This document shows positions 17,301-30,993 of a DNA stretch of 64,000 bases, piece by piece. The notes below the pieces were generated by a model. The model was not told the DNA's origin and did not search any database. It saw only the letters and a program-made list of their open reading frames with translations. The first letter of the stretch is position 1; every line of letters begins with the position of its first letter. The DNA is from the human T2T-CHM13v2.0 reference genome, Homo sapiens: the NCBI RefSeq assembly GCF_009914755.1, contig NC_060926.1; one strand, written 5' to 3'. A program made the translations under genes and the position numbers.

Positions 17301-17806
17301 GAGGGGAACACAGCAACCCAGTTGAGTTGGTGCCCCCTGAGGCCTCCCCACAGCACACACGCCACCGTGGGCCTGACAGCAGGATCCTGGGCCCCCCACC
17401 TCCCTTCCCGTGAACATCCGGCCTGAGTTTCCTCATAGCCAGTTAGCCAGCTGTGCCTTTGTTGGGGTTCATTTTTGTTTATTATTTGTTGTTTCTACCC
17501 TAAAAAGGCTCTTTATGAGGGGACTCTGAGCCTCTGCTCTGAGGATCTGAAACACACACACCCTGACAGTGTAAAATCCAAAAGGAGCCGCCTGAATCAT
17601 GTTGCCTCATGTGGAAATCCTTAGTCCGCCGCCACGTGAAGATGGATGTGACTAGAACGGAGGGCGCGGGAGGCTCACATCAGAGGAGCTGCTCACGTCA
17701 GGCCAACATCCTCCTCTCCTGATCCCATTCAGGAATCTTCAGACAAAACCATCCTGATTAGGACATTTGGCAAAAGAATGAAAGATGACCTTAGGAGAGT
17801 CCCAGA

Positions 17807-18490
17807 TAGGGTCATGACGGAAAATACAGGATGCCCAGTTAGCTTTAAATTTCAGATCAACAACTAATAATCTAGTATAAGTATACCCCATGCAACATTT
17901 AGGACTTACACTAAAAAAATTAGCTGTTGATCTTGTGAACACAAAATATCTGAGACAGGTCTCAGTCAATTTGGAAAGTTTATTTTGCCAAAGTTAAGGA
18001 CACACCCATGACACAGCCTCAGAAAGTCCTAAAACTTGTGCCCGAGGTGGTTAGGGGTACAATTTGCTTTTATACATCTTAGGGGGACATGAGACATCAA
18101 TCAGTAGGTGTAAGATGTACCTTGGTTCAGTCCAGTAAGGTGGGACAACCCTTAAGTGGGGGCTTCCTGGTTGTAGTAGATAAGAGACAAAAGGTTGCAT
18201 TCTTTTGAGTTCTTGATCAGCCTTCCACTGAACACACAATTTAGTCTGGCTCAGTGAGTCTGCATTTTTACAGAAGCGATAGGGGAAAGGAAGCAATCAG
18301 CTATGCAGGTGAGCCTCAGGGGGATGACTGTGAATAGAATGGGAGGCAGCTTTGCCCTAAGCAGTTCCCAGCTTGACTTTTTCCTTTAGCTTGGTGATTG
18401 TGGAGTCTCAAGATTTGTTTTCTTTTCACAATCTGAAATTCAAAGTTCCCTGGGTATCCTGTATTTTCATTTGCACACTTTGGCGCCCTA
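17807..18490. mobile_element. MER53-like palindromic hAT element interrupted by an LTR
   Basis: TAGGG...CCCTA termini; 8-bp TSD GTCCCAGA at 17799-17806 and 18491-18498. Confidence 0.85.
17934..18430 (-). mobile_element. ERV1 solo LTR (MER4-like)
   Basis: TGTGAA...TTCACA termini; 4-bp TSD ATCT (17930-17933, 18431-18434). Confidence 0.85.
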
Positions 18491-18656
18491 GTCCCAGAGT
18501 CCTGGAGCGGCATACTGGGGGTGGCTGTGCAGTCCCAGCATCCCCAACCCAGCATGTATAGAGAGCATCCATCCTTACATCCAGCTGACCCATGCCCATG
18601 CTCCTCCCTGTGGCTGGAGGTTCAACAATAACATAAGTCTCTTCTTTGCCCTCCAG

Positions 18657-18734
18657 ATATTTCTCCCTCGAGTGGCTGGGAAACTTGGCAAGAGACCAGA
18701 GGACCCAAATGCAGACCCTTCAAGTGAGGCCAAG
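18657..18734 (+). CDS. MLPH: Melanophilin exon 13, [26 protein letters not shown]
   Basis: ccctccag|ATA and AAG|gtatgt; 78 nt. Confidence 0.95.
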
Positions 18735-19341
18735 GTATGTGTTACTCCATTCAAGCCCCAGACACCCGACAAAGGTGGAAGACTGCACCCCTTTCCAGCA
18801 GTGTGGCAAGTCCACGGGGTGGCAGAGATGCAATGTCCTCACAGCTACCCACACAGCAATGCCCACACAGCTGCCACAACACCGTGGCAACTCTTGTGAG
18901 TTGGCTTCCTCCGTGGCACACACCTGAGCTGGATTTGTGTAGATGCATTTGTTGAAAATCCAAGAAAGCCCAGTAGGGGAGCGGGAAAGTGAGACGGGAA
19001 AGGAAGGAGGCAAGCATCTGACATGAAGCAAACCCACACAGGCTGACTGTGGCTCAGTCCTCCTGGGGGCTCTGGAGACCACGCAGATCACACCCCACAG
19101 TTAATTCCGCGTAGGAGCAAGGCCACCCACACCCGTCAGTCCTGAGTAAGGGCCAGGCCCTGGGCCACACACATTCCCAGGCACTTCTGCCCTTCCCTGA
19201 ACAGGCACAGCGGGCCCGTGGCCTGGGGACTTCTTCCATCTGGGAGACATAGGCGCTGGCTGCCAGAGGTGAAAACACTCAGGAGCCAGTGTGCTCGAAA
19301 ATGGCACAGGGACTCGGGGGGTGTGAGCGGGACCCACAGAT

Positions 19342-19859
19342 GCAGTGCACAGAGGGCAGAGCCAGCCTGGGAGGGAGGAGCTCCCCGTGTTCAGGTGGAG
19401 TGGTTAGGAGTAGGAGCAGTGCACAGAGGGCAGAGCCAGCCTGGGAGGGAGGAGCTCCCCGTGTTCAGGTGGAGTGGTTAGGAGTAGGAGCAGTGCACAG
19501 AGGGCAGAGCCAGCCTGGGAGGGAGGAGCTCCCCGTGTTTAGGTGGAGTGGTTAGGAGTAGGAGCAGTGCACAGAGGGCAGAGCCAGCCTGGGAGGGAGT
19601 TGCTCCCCGTGTTCAGGTGGAGTGGTTAGGAGTAGGAGCAGTGCACAGAGGGCAGAGCCAGCCTGGGAGGGAGGAGCTCCCTGTGTTTAGGTGGAGTGGT
19701 TAGGAGTAGGAGCAGTGCACAGAGGGCAGAGCCAGCCTGGGAGGGAGTTGCTCCCCGTGTTCAGGTGGAGTGGTTAGGGGTAGGAGCAGTGCACAGAGGG
19801 CAGAGCCAGCCTGGGAGGGAGTTGCTCCCCGTGTTCAGGTGGAGTGGTTAGGGGTAGGA
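19342..19859 (+). repeat. 74-bp minisatellite, 7 copies
   Basis: Unit GCAGTGCACAGAGGGCAGAGCCAGCCTGGGAGGGAGGAGCTCCCCGTGTTCAGGTGGAGTGGTTAGGAGTAGGA, starting at 19342, 19416 and so on; 518 bp = 7 x 74. Confidence 0.97.
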
Positions 19860-20564
19860 TGAGAGGTACCATGGCCAGCGCCCCAGGAGGAATGGGCTTT
19901 AGCTTCAGGCCTTACCTGCAGCCCAGCGCCGCAGGGAGCCTCGAGGAACATCTAGCCACTCCTCTTCCAACCCCGGCAGCTCCTCACAGTGACACGCGAT
20001 GTTTTCAAAAGTCCATCTTTCCACAGGATGTTTACAGCACCCAGCGGGTAGGCAGTGCTATTTATTAACCCTGTTGTACTGATGAACAAACCAGCCGGCT
20101 CAGGGCAGGGGGTGAGCTTGATCAAGATCACAGACAGGAAGTGACAGCGGGGTCTCAGCCCAGGCCATGCCTGACACCCACACTCTTCTCTGGTGGGGGC
20201 GCTTCCACCTTTGTCCCTGGAAGCCCAGCCTGACAGCTTCTGCAGTGCCTCTGGCAGCCGCCCACAAACCCAGCCAGGCAAAATCCCAGGGTGCCAGACA
20301 CCAGGAGAAATTTCCAGGGGAATTTGGCCATTTGGCTGTCTCTTCACTTCCCTGAAAAGCCAAACAGAGAATGGATTTCTTATCACACTGTAGCAAGGCA
20401 ATCAACTGGAAAAGAGACAGGAGGAGAAGTGTGAGGACCAACAGTCACAGGGACCCAGGAATCGTGTTAGCCACAAGTGATCTTCCAGTATCCCTGTAAA
20501 GAGAGCTACAGGCCCATTTTACAGAGGAGGAGACCGAGGTTCAGAGAGGGTAAGAAGTGAATTA

Positions 20565-21026
<462 letters not shown>

Positions 21027-21197
21027 TTATTGAAAATGTCCATTCTCATATTGCTAAAAGTTCAAATATTGCTAGAGAGCAGAAAATAGTGGCCATGGTT
21101 AATTAGAAGCTGGAAGAACAATAAGAAATCCAAAATTAGTTGACAATTCCTAAACGTCACAACTTGATGAAGCCTGGAGACACTCTGTTTCTTCTAG

Positions 21198-21296
<99 letters not shown>

Positions 21297-22524
21297 TGAG
21301 CTTCGGGGAGGAAAATGACCAGTCGCAGCTCTGTGTGTTTCTTCATTATCTGTGGGACATATCTCATGTCCTGACTCCCAAAAAACATTCCCAGTGCCGC
21401 TCGGGCCACCCTCAGGACCCAGCAAGTTGGTGTTCTGGACAGCTGGAACTTGCTGCTTTAAGCGTGCAAAGGGGGCCCTGGTGGCAGCGGTGGTGGTGGT
21501 AGTGGTTTCCATGTTTTTCTACATAAATTGTCCTAACGTGGTACACAGTTCCTGGCCTTCTAGAAAGTACGGCTCATCATTTAGCCTTCCTTGAAGGCTT
21601 GGTGGTGACAAGGACATTAGCTTTGTCCTGGACGAATGGGATGTGAGGCCTCCCCAGCATGTGGCCGGGCTCTTGGGGTATCTGTGTGCTCATCTCATTC
21701 ACTCACCTTGTGACCCAACCACTGCTCACCAGAGGCTGGTAGCTCCTCCCCCCATTCAGAGTCCCGTCCCTCTGCTGTCGAGCTGTTTCAGGCCCCCAGA
21801 CATTGTTGGACTGATCTCCTGTTGTCCCTGTTTTCTGAGCTTTGCCCTCACACACACCATTGTTCAATCTCTGCCACAGCTGCAGTCCTTGCAGACAGTG
21901 TGTGTCCCTCCTCTGCTCACAAGCAATCCTTGGCTCCCAACTGCCTGCAGAATGAAGTGGGATTTCTTAGCATAGCCCTGCAGACTTTGGCCATTTGTCA
22001 CACACTGGAGCCAGCCTGCCCCCTACTACACCCGCCCAAGGATGCACTTCCTTCCCGTGCGTAGGACAACGCACAGCGGACGCTGGTTTCAGAGCGTACC
22101 AAGCAGGCACTTGCCTCCACGCCTGGGTGTGCCCCCTCCCTGCCCATCTCTGTCCTGTGAAGTCCTCCAGGGCCAAGTATGAAGCCTCTCCCCCGGGGCT
22201 CTCCACCGCCTCCCTGCAACACCTGGCACATCAATCCCTCTTTCCAGCCAGCTCACTCCTTGATCAGTCAGCCACCCCACCTCCATGCCAGCTCGCTCTT
22301 TGCACGCCCTGAGCTCCCAGCACACATTCTGGTCAATCCTGGGATGCAGCTGCTGCCCAGGGCCCTTTGGGGCTAATCCCAGATTCAGGGTCACCAGCCA
22401 GGAGGGCAACTTTGCCAGAGATGACCCACTAAGGAGCTGCCAGCAGGGGCTCCTGGAGAGCCATGTGCTGGCTCTGCGGGGAGTTTCCTGCACATCTCGT
22501 GGGCTGAAATCCAGGTGGAGATTC

Positions 22525-22841
<317 letters not shown>

Positions 22842-23673
22842 TAGCAGGAGGACAAGGGGCGATTCCTTGTGTCCTCTGTATGACTGGTTTTGTGAAGGGT
22901 AGACTCTGTCCTATCCAGAGACCTCACTCACCTCCAGTCCAAAGCCAGAATAGCTCACCCCCGGCCCCCTGAAGCTCACAGGAATTTTGGGGTCTGAAAG
23001 GCAAAGCTGAGGCCTGACCCTTCACATTTCTCCCCGCCATCCTCACCAGCATCTGCCAAGCGTGGCCACGGGAGCTTTTCACTGTCTGCAGAGGCCAGCC
23101 CCGCACACTGGCAGGTCCTTGGGCCTCCAATCCCGGGGTCTGTGGGGCCTCATGCGACTTCACTGCTCAGGAGTCGTGATCCCTCGAGTTAGGTGATTCC
23201 CTCCACAGAGGTTAGTCCTGGAGCGGGGACGGAGGGCCGGCAGGCCAGGCCACATGACCCTGCAGAGAGGGGAACAGCACAACAGGAGCACGCTGCTGAG
23301 CCAACTCCCAGAAAAGGAAAAGGACAAAGTCCTGGCCTGTAGCATGTGCCAGGTTCTGTGGCGTAAATGCTCCCACCCTGGCTGATCGCAAGCTCCCAGC
23401 TGATGTCACCGAGCGTGGGGTCAGGAAGAGGTGCCCACAGTCAGCTCTCAGGAGCCCTGACAACTGGCTCCAGTCAGGCAGGCCACAGAAGACATGCAAA
23501 AGTGAAGAAGGGCGGGTGCCTGCACCAGCCACCTGGACACCAACACTCAACTAGGATGTGAGGCCAGATGCCCCCAGCTACACAGCCATGGCCCCAGGAG
23601 GTGCCCTCTGCTGAGGGTCAGCATCTGAGACCCCTTGGGCTGTTGCCGTGTCTCACAAAGGAAAGGCAAGGAA

Positions 23674-23990
23674 GCCAGGCATGGTGGCTCACACCTATAA
23701 TTCCAGCATTTCAGGAGGCCAAGGCGGGCGGATCACTTGAAGTCAGGAGTTCGAGACCAGCCTGGCCAACATGGTGAAACCCCATCTCTACTAAAAAATA
23801 CAAAAATTAGCCAGGCATGGTGGTGTGAACCTGTAGTCCCAGCTACTTGGGAGGCTGAGGCAGGAGAATCACTTGAACCTGAGGCAGAGGTTGCAGTTAA
23901 GCCAAGATTGCGCCACAGCACTCCAGCCTGGGTGACAGAGCAAGACTTTGTCTCAAAAAAAAAAAAAAAGAAAGAACAAAAAAGAAAAGA
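23674..23990 (+). mobile_element. Alu (AluS-like)
   Basis: Full dimer with A-tail. Confidence 0.95.
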
Positions 23991-24283
23991 AAGTCAAGGA
24001 AATGCAAAGACCACACACCAGTGCAGTGTGATGGGCCTTTCTGCTGCTTCATTAGTGTGAGGATTTCCGGGGCCACAGTGAGGAAGAATGTTAATGCCAG
24101 TGCCAGAGCAAAGGAGAAAGAAGTTGGCAAAACTGTTGATTTGCATGACAGCTGAAATGTAAATACTTTTTAAAAAATATGTGATGTGGAAGCTTCTTAA
24201 AAGGGGATATGTCCATTTTTTTCTACCTTTTAAATTTCTGAGGAGGCCAAGGCACTTGTTTGGGCTAAGTATGTGATTGATAA

Positions 24284-24436
<153 letters not shown>

Positions 24437-24913
24437 TGAGGAGTTTTTAAAGTTCAGTGACCCGTCAGATTTATGTATTAAAATTAAGTCTTCAGAGCAA
24501 AGAAAATGGAGATAAACAAAACAAAGATTCAGACCTGAGAATCAAAGCAAAAAGTAAAGTAAAATCTTTGCCAACGAGGGCTTGAAAATCTAAATACTTT
24601 GAAATTAGAATAATATCTTGTGTTTTAGAGCTTTAAATTTTCAAATATCTGCTGTCCACACACCCCATTGGAGGAGGACCTGTGTCACTAACCCAAATTT
24701 GTAGCTGAGAAAACAGAGGCAGAGAGAGGTTAAGTAAAAAACCCCAAGAGAGTTCACCTAATATTGTGAAGAAAGCAAACCCAGGGTTTCACTAACTTGT
24801 CCATGTGTGTATGTGTGTGGCTGTGTTCACCCCTGTGTGTGTGTGTACTGTGTGCATGCCTGTGTGTTTGTGCACACCCATGTGTATGTACCTGCATACA
24901 CACCCAAGTGTGT

Positions 24914-25385
24914 GTGTTACCACAACGAAAGCGCAGATTTATTGAAAAGAAAGTGCACTCCACAGAGTGGGAGCAGGCTAGAGCCAGTGGCTCAGGAGCC
25001 TGGTTACAGCATTTTCTGGAGTTTAAGTGCCCTCCAGAGTTTTCCCATTGGTTACTTGGTTATACTCTATGCAGATGAAGGAGTGGCCCCAACCAATGTG
25101 ATCAGTCACAGGAGGCAACCAATCAGAGGCTGAAGGGAAGTTACAAAGTTACACATGAAGACTTGGCCGATGACCAGTCTGGTTGGTTGAGGGAGGGGAC
25201 CAATCCGAGGTACTTTCCATTTTCATCTGAGATGCAGTGGAAAGGGGGTATAGCAAAGGGAGTAGCTGCTGAACCTTTTGTTCCTCAGGCATGGAGAGGT
25301 GGGGTTTTCATTTTGATTCAGTTCTAGGAAGTCAGCACGAATTGGCCTTAGGTTCCCTGCCTCCAGACCCTATTCTCTTGCCTCA
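24914..25385 (-). mobile_element. ERV1 LTR (MER51-like) inserted in a TG-rich tract
   Basis: The - strand begins TGAGGCAAGAGAATAGGGTCTGGAGGCAGGGAACCTAAGGCC; several CCAAT motifs; AATAAA on the - strand near 24940. Confidence 0.75.
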
Positions 25386-25543
25386 CATGCATGTGTGCAC
25401 AAATGTGTAATCTAAATTTGTGTCTACAGATGTGCACATCCATGTACACACCTGTGTATTTGTATGTGCATGCCCATGTGTGTCTGTGTTACATGCCTGT
25501 GTATGTGTGTGCTTATATGTGCATGTGTGTTTGTACTTTACAG

Positions 25544-25570
25544 AAACCTGTGGTGGCCCACCAGTCCTAA
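25544..25570 (+). CDS. MLPH: Melanophilin last coding exon (exon 16), KPVVAHQS-stop; 3' UTR follows
   Basis: tactttacag|AAA CCT GTG GTG GCC CAC CAG TCC TAA; this is the known melanophilin C-terminus. Confidence 0.93.
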   Translation, partial: KPVVAHQS

Positions 25571-26964
25571 CGGGACAGGACAGAGAGACAGAGCAGCCCT
25601 GCACTGTTTTCCCTCCACCACAGCCATCCTGTCCCTCATTGGCTCTGTGCTTTCCACTGTACACAGTCACCGTCCCAATGAGAAACAAGAAGGAGCACCC
25701 TCCACATGGACTCCCACCTGCAAGTGGACAGCGACATTCAGTCCTGCACTGCTCACCTGGGTTTACTGATGACTCCTGGCTGCCCCACCATCCTCTCTGA
25801 TCTGTGAGAAACAGCTAAGCTGCTGTGACTTCCCTTTAGGACAATGTTGTGTAAATCTTTGAAGGACACACCGAAGACCTTTATACTGTGATCTTTTACC
25901 CCTTTCACTCTTGGCTTTCTTATGTTGCTTTCATGAATGGAATGGAAAAAAGATGACTCAGTTAAGGCACCAGCCATATGTGTATTCTTGATGGTCTATA
26001 TCGGGGTGTGAGCAGATGTTTGCGTATTTCTTGTGGGTGTGACTGGATATTAGACATCCAGACAAGTGACTGAACTAATGATCTGCTGAATAATGAAGGA
26101 GGAATAGACACCCCAGCCCCCACCCTACGTGCACCCGCTCTGCAAGTTCCCATGTGATCTGTAGACCAGGGGAAATTACACTGCGGTCAAGGGCAGAGCC
26201 TGCACATGACAGCAAGTGAGCATTTGATAGATGCTCAGATGCTAGTGCAGAGAGCCTGCTGGGAGACGAAGAGACAGCAGGCAGAGCTCCAGATGGGCAA
26301 GGAAGAGGCTTGGTTCTAGCCTGGCTCTGCCCCTCACTGCAGTGGATCCAGTGGGGCAGAGGACAGAGGGTCACAACCAATGAGGGATGTCTGCCAAGGA
26401 TGGGGGTGCAGAGGCCACAGGAGTCAGCTTGCCACTCGCCCATTGGTTACATAGATGATCTCTCAGACAGGCTGGGACTCAGAGTTATTTCCTAGTATCG
26501 GTGTGCCCCATCCAGTTTTAAGTGGAGCCCTCCAAGTCTCTCCAGAGCTGCCTTTGAACATCCTAACAGTAATCACATCTCACCCTCCCTGAGGTTCACT
26601 TTAGACAGGACCCAATGGCTGCACTGCCTTTGTCAGAGGGGGTGCTGAGAGGAGTGGCTTCTTTTAGAATCAAACAGTAGAGACAAGAGTCAAGCCTTGT
26701 GTCTTCAAGCATTGACCAAGTTAAGTGTTTCCTGCCCTCTCTGAATAAGACACTTCCAGGAGCTTTCCAATCTCTCACTTAAAACTAAGGTTTGAATCTC
26801 AAAGTGTTGCTGGGAGGCTGATACTCCTGCAACTTCAGGAGACCTGTGAGCACACATTAGCAGCTGTTTCTCTGACTCCTTGTGGCATCAGATAAAAACG
26901 TGGGAGTTTTTCCATATAATTCCCAGCCTTACTTATAAATTCTATTCTTTGAAAAAATTATTCA

Positions 26965-27278
26965 GGCTAGGTAAGGTGGCTCATACCTATAATCCCAGCC
27001 CTTTGAGAGGCCAAGGTGGGAGAATTGCTTGAGGCCAGGAGTTTGAGACCTCCTGGGCAACATAGTGAGATCCCATCTCTACAAAAAACAAAACAAAAAA
27101 ATTACCCAAGCATGATGGTATATGCCTGTAGTCGTACCTACTTACTTAGGAGGCTGAGGCAGGAGGATCACTTGAGCCCTGGAGGTTGGGGCTGCAGTGA
27201 GCCATGATCACATCACTATACTCGAGCCTGGGCAACAGAGTGAGACCTTGTCTCTTAAAAAAATTAATAATAAATAAA
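26965..27278 (+). mobile_element. AluJ-like element in the MLPH 3' UTR
   Basis: Diverged dimer with J-type gaggatcacttgagccc. Confidence 0.92.
27269..27278 (+). terminator. MLPH: Probable MLPH polyadenylation signal: two overlapping AATAAA in the A-tail of an AluJ
   Basis: AATAAA at 27269-27274 and 27273-27278; no earlier AATAAA spotted in the 3' UTR. Confidence 0.65.
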
Positions 27279-28489
27279 TGAAAATAATTCTTCAGAGTTC
27301 CTTTCCTAGCAGATGGCTATTCTGGAGATGTGTAGTGGAAGCTGCATACAGGCAGGTCAGGGATCCCTGAGGCTAGTGTACCCCAACCAGTACAGCTGCT
27401 GGCTCTTTGTTTCCAGCTAAAGATTGACAGAAGTCAGTGGTTTCTCTATGACTCCAGAGGGAGATTAGAGACAAGCATTTAAAATATTTCTCCAAAGTTT
27501 TATCCTCCAACAGTCTTATTTATAAGGGGAAAAAGAAAAAATTTTAGGAAGCGTTGAATGCACAGATCTCCCAAAGATGCTTCTTACAAATGAGCTATGA
27601 GTGTGCAGCAAAATTGCACTCCCCAGATAATCCAGTATCCAACATATTGCAATATAGCACCCAGATCACCAAGGGATACCTTGCCTCACTGCAGATTATT
27701 GGGGTGAAACACAATTTGACAGGTGTAGCTCCCAGCTCTCAGGGATCAAACCAACCATGCATTACAGTGTTGCAGTTTCACTGATTTTATGTCAAGCCAT
27801 TGTTTCTGTAAGTTCCAAGGATTTTCACTTTCCAACAGCTCTATCCAAAAGAACCCACTTTACTGGGGGCCAAAAACCCATCCCCAAAAGAGTAATAGTA
27901 ATGGTATTGTCACTTGCTGGGCTTCTGAGAGCCCAGCTAAAGCTCCACTTTAGCATGCTGGTGACAGCCAAGTAATCCTCACATATTCACAATGCTCATA
28001 ACTTCAAAGTTATTCTTATAGAGAATATTTATTACATATGAATTTTTTTTATTTTATTGGGATAAAACAGAAAAGATAGATATGCAAAAGAAAAAAAATA
28101 CATAAAAAAAGAATCATCTACCCACTAGCAACCACTGCTAAGTCCTTGCAGACATTGGTTCACGTATTAGCTTTTAATAAAACTCCCACAAGTTAATATA
28201 CTAGTAGGTGAGTAAAGCCCATTCCAAACATTACCGCACACCTATATCTTCCCAGGAAAGAGCCAGCCCCAGAAATAAGTATTTTACCCATGTATGCTAC
28301 CCATATTCCCCTGAAAATATCTACAGCAAAGTCTTCCCAGAGACAGCCTTGCTGTCTAAATGAACAAACTGCTCAGTTATTTCCAATGAACACACCTGCA
28401 GCTCAATGGCATCTGGGCTCAGAGTTCCAAGGACATGGCCATGCTGGGGAAAGGAGTATTTTGCTACATCACCACAGACACTTGTAACA

Positions 28490-29157
28490 GTCTATGATTG
28501 TTAATTTTATGGATCAAATTGGCTCAGCTGTGGTGCCCAGATGTCTGATCAAACACCAGCCAAGATGTATCTATTCAGGTATTCTGTAGCTGTGATTAAG
28601 GTTTAAATCAGTAGACTTTAAAGCAGATAACCTGCCATAAAGTGGGTGGGCCTTCCCCAGCCAGTTGCAGGCCTTAGGAGAAAAGACGGATGTGCCCTGA
28701 GCAGGAAGGAGTTCTGCCTCCAGACTCCAGGGACAACTTTCCTCCTTCGCTGGGTCTCCAGCCTGATGGCTAGTCCTGCAGGATTCAGACCTCCCAGGCC
28801 CTGCAATCTTATGAGCCTATTCCTTAGACTAAATCTCTCCTCCCCCTCTCTCTCTCCCTCCCTCCCTCTCTCTCTGTTCTCTCTCCTCTCTCTCCCTCCC
28901 TCCCTCTCTCTCTCCCTCCCTCCCTCTCTCTCTGTTCTCTCTCCTCTCTCTCCCTCCCTCCCTCTCTCTCCCTCCCTCCCTCTCTCTCTGTTCTCTCTCC
29001 CCTCTCTCTCTCTCTCCCTCCCTCCCTCTCTCTCTGTTCTCTCTCTCTCCCTCCCGCTCTCTCCGTTCTCTCTCTCCTCTCTCTCCCCTCTCTCTCTCTT
29101 CTCCACACACACACACGCTATTGGCTCTGCTTCTCTGAAGAGCCTTGACCAATGCAC
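28490..29157. mobile_element. MLT2-like (ERVL) LTR
   Basis: gttaattttat...gtgcccagat...ctattggctctgcttctctg signature. Confidence 0.78.
28833..29115 (+). repeat. CT-rich polypyrimidine repeat ending in (CA)n, inside an MLT2 LTR
   Basis: About 270 bp almost purely C/T. Confidence 0.95.
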
Positions 29158-29702
29158 AGTCCCTATATAAGAGCCTTGTCTGATGTTCAGTGTGTCTGTG
29201 TTTGAAACTTGTAAACTGGTTAGATGGGAGCTATGTGTGAGGGACGGGGAGCACCGTTTATTTTATCACAAATGCAATGCCAAGGTCCCAGAGCCGTGGC
29301 CACGTGGGGTAGGGGAAGCCTTCCTCCAGTGCTCAAATCTCACTAGCACTTTCTCTCTCAGTTCTCAGAGATGCCACTTTCTGGATGACTCACACTTCAA
29401 AAGCACCTTTCTAATTTACAAAGAGGAGTGTTTTAAAATCTCGTAAGAGTCTGGATTTTCAGAAGCCATCTACAGCAGAAACAGCTTTTCTGGTGACTGA
29501 ATATTGCTCTTGCCGTGGCTGTTCCACAGCTGCAACTCGATGGCTTCCAATTCCCAAGGTTACCTCTCCCATCAGGCTGTGTAGTGTCTTCCTAGGAGGC
29601 CAGAAGAAACACACAGGCCACAGCCACGGTCCGCTTTCTTCTGGGAACAAGCACAAGGGACAGACATTTCATCAGTGCACTCAGACACACGTTTGAAGCC
29701 CT

Positions 29703-30110
29703 GCATTAGTTTCCTGTGGGTGCCATAACAAAGCCCCACAAACTGGTAGATTACAACAGAAAGTTACTCCCTCACAGTTCAGGAGGCCAGAGTCCAAAAT
29801 CACAGCATCAGCAGGGTCGTTTCCATCTGCAGGGCCTGAGGGCAGGCAGTTCCTGGCCCCTTCCAGCTGTGAGGTTGCTGGCATCCTTGGTGCTTCTTGG
29901 CTTGTAGCTGCCTCCCTCCAGTCTCTGCTTCCATCTTCACATCGCCTTTCTCCCTGTGCATTTCTGCGCGTCTGTCCTCTTCTTATCAGGACACCAGTTG
30001 TTGGATTTGGGGTTCACCTTAATCCAGGATGACCTCATCTTAACTAATTACATCTGCAAAGATCCTAGTTTCCAAATAAGGTCATATTTGAGATTCCAGA
30101 TGGGAGACTC
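29703..30110. mobile_element. MaLR LTR (MLT1-like)
   Basis: cattagtttcctg...cacagttcaggaggccagagtcc...taattacatctgcaaagatc. Confidence 0.8.
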
Positions 30111-30355
30111 CAACCCACTACAGAGCACCATTATGGTCCAAGAACTAAAACCAAAACCAGCTATCCATGAAATCAACTGTCCATCATGGTGCTGTTGCTA
30201 CTTACCAAGTGCCTGCTACAGGCTGCACATTTACCATGTTGAGGGTGAAAGCTCAAAGATCTCAAAACTGAAATGCACCCCAGAGTAGGGTCCTCTCCCC
30301 ATGTTGAGTACAGGAAGAAAGACTAGGAGGGAGGGAGGCTCTCAACTTGGGGCTC

Positions 30356-30993
<638 letters not shown>

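Noticed and set aside
19342-19859. Regular repeats superficially resembling a CRISPR array
   Set aside because: Units are contiguous with no unique spacers, there are no cas genes and the context is a human intron; it is an ordinary minisatellite.
23601-23616. Second CTCF-like motif (- strand CCTCAGCAGAGGGCAC)
   Set aside because: Mismatch in the core and no supporting context; too weak to call without ChIP data.
28618-29170. Arg/Glu-rich and Ser/Leu-rich ORFs
   Set aside because: Translation of the CT/GA microsatellite inside an LTR.
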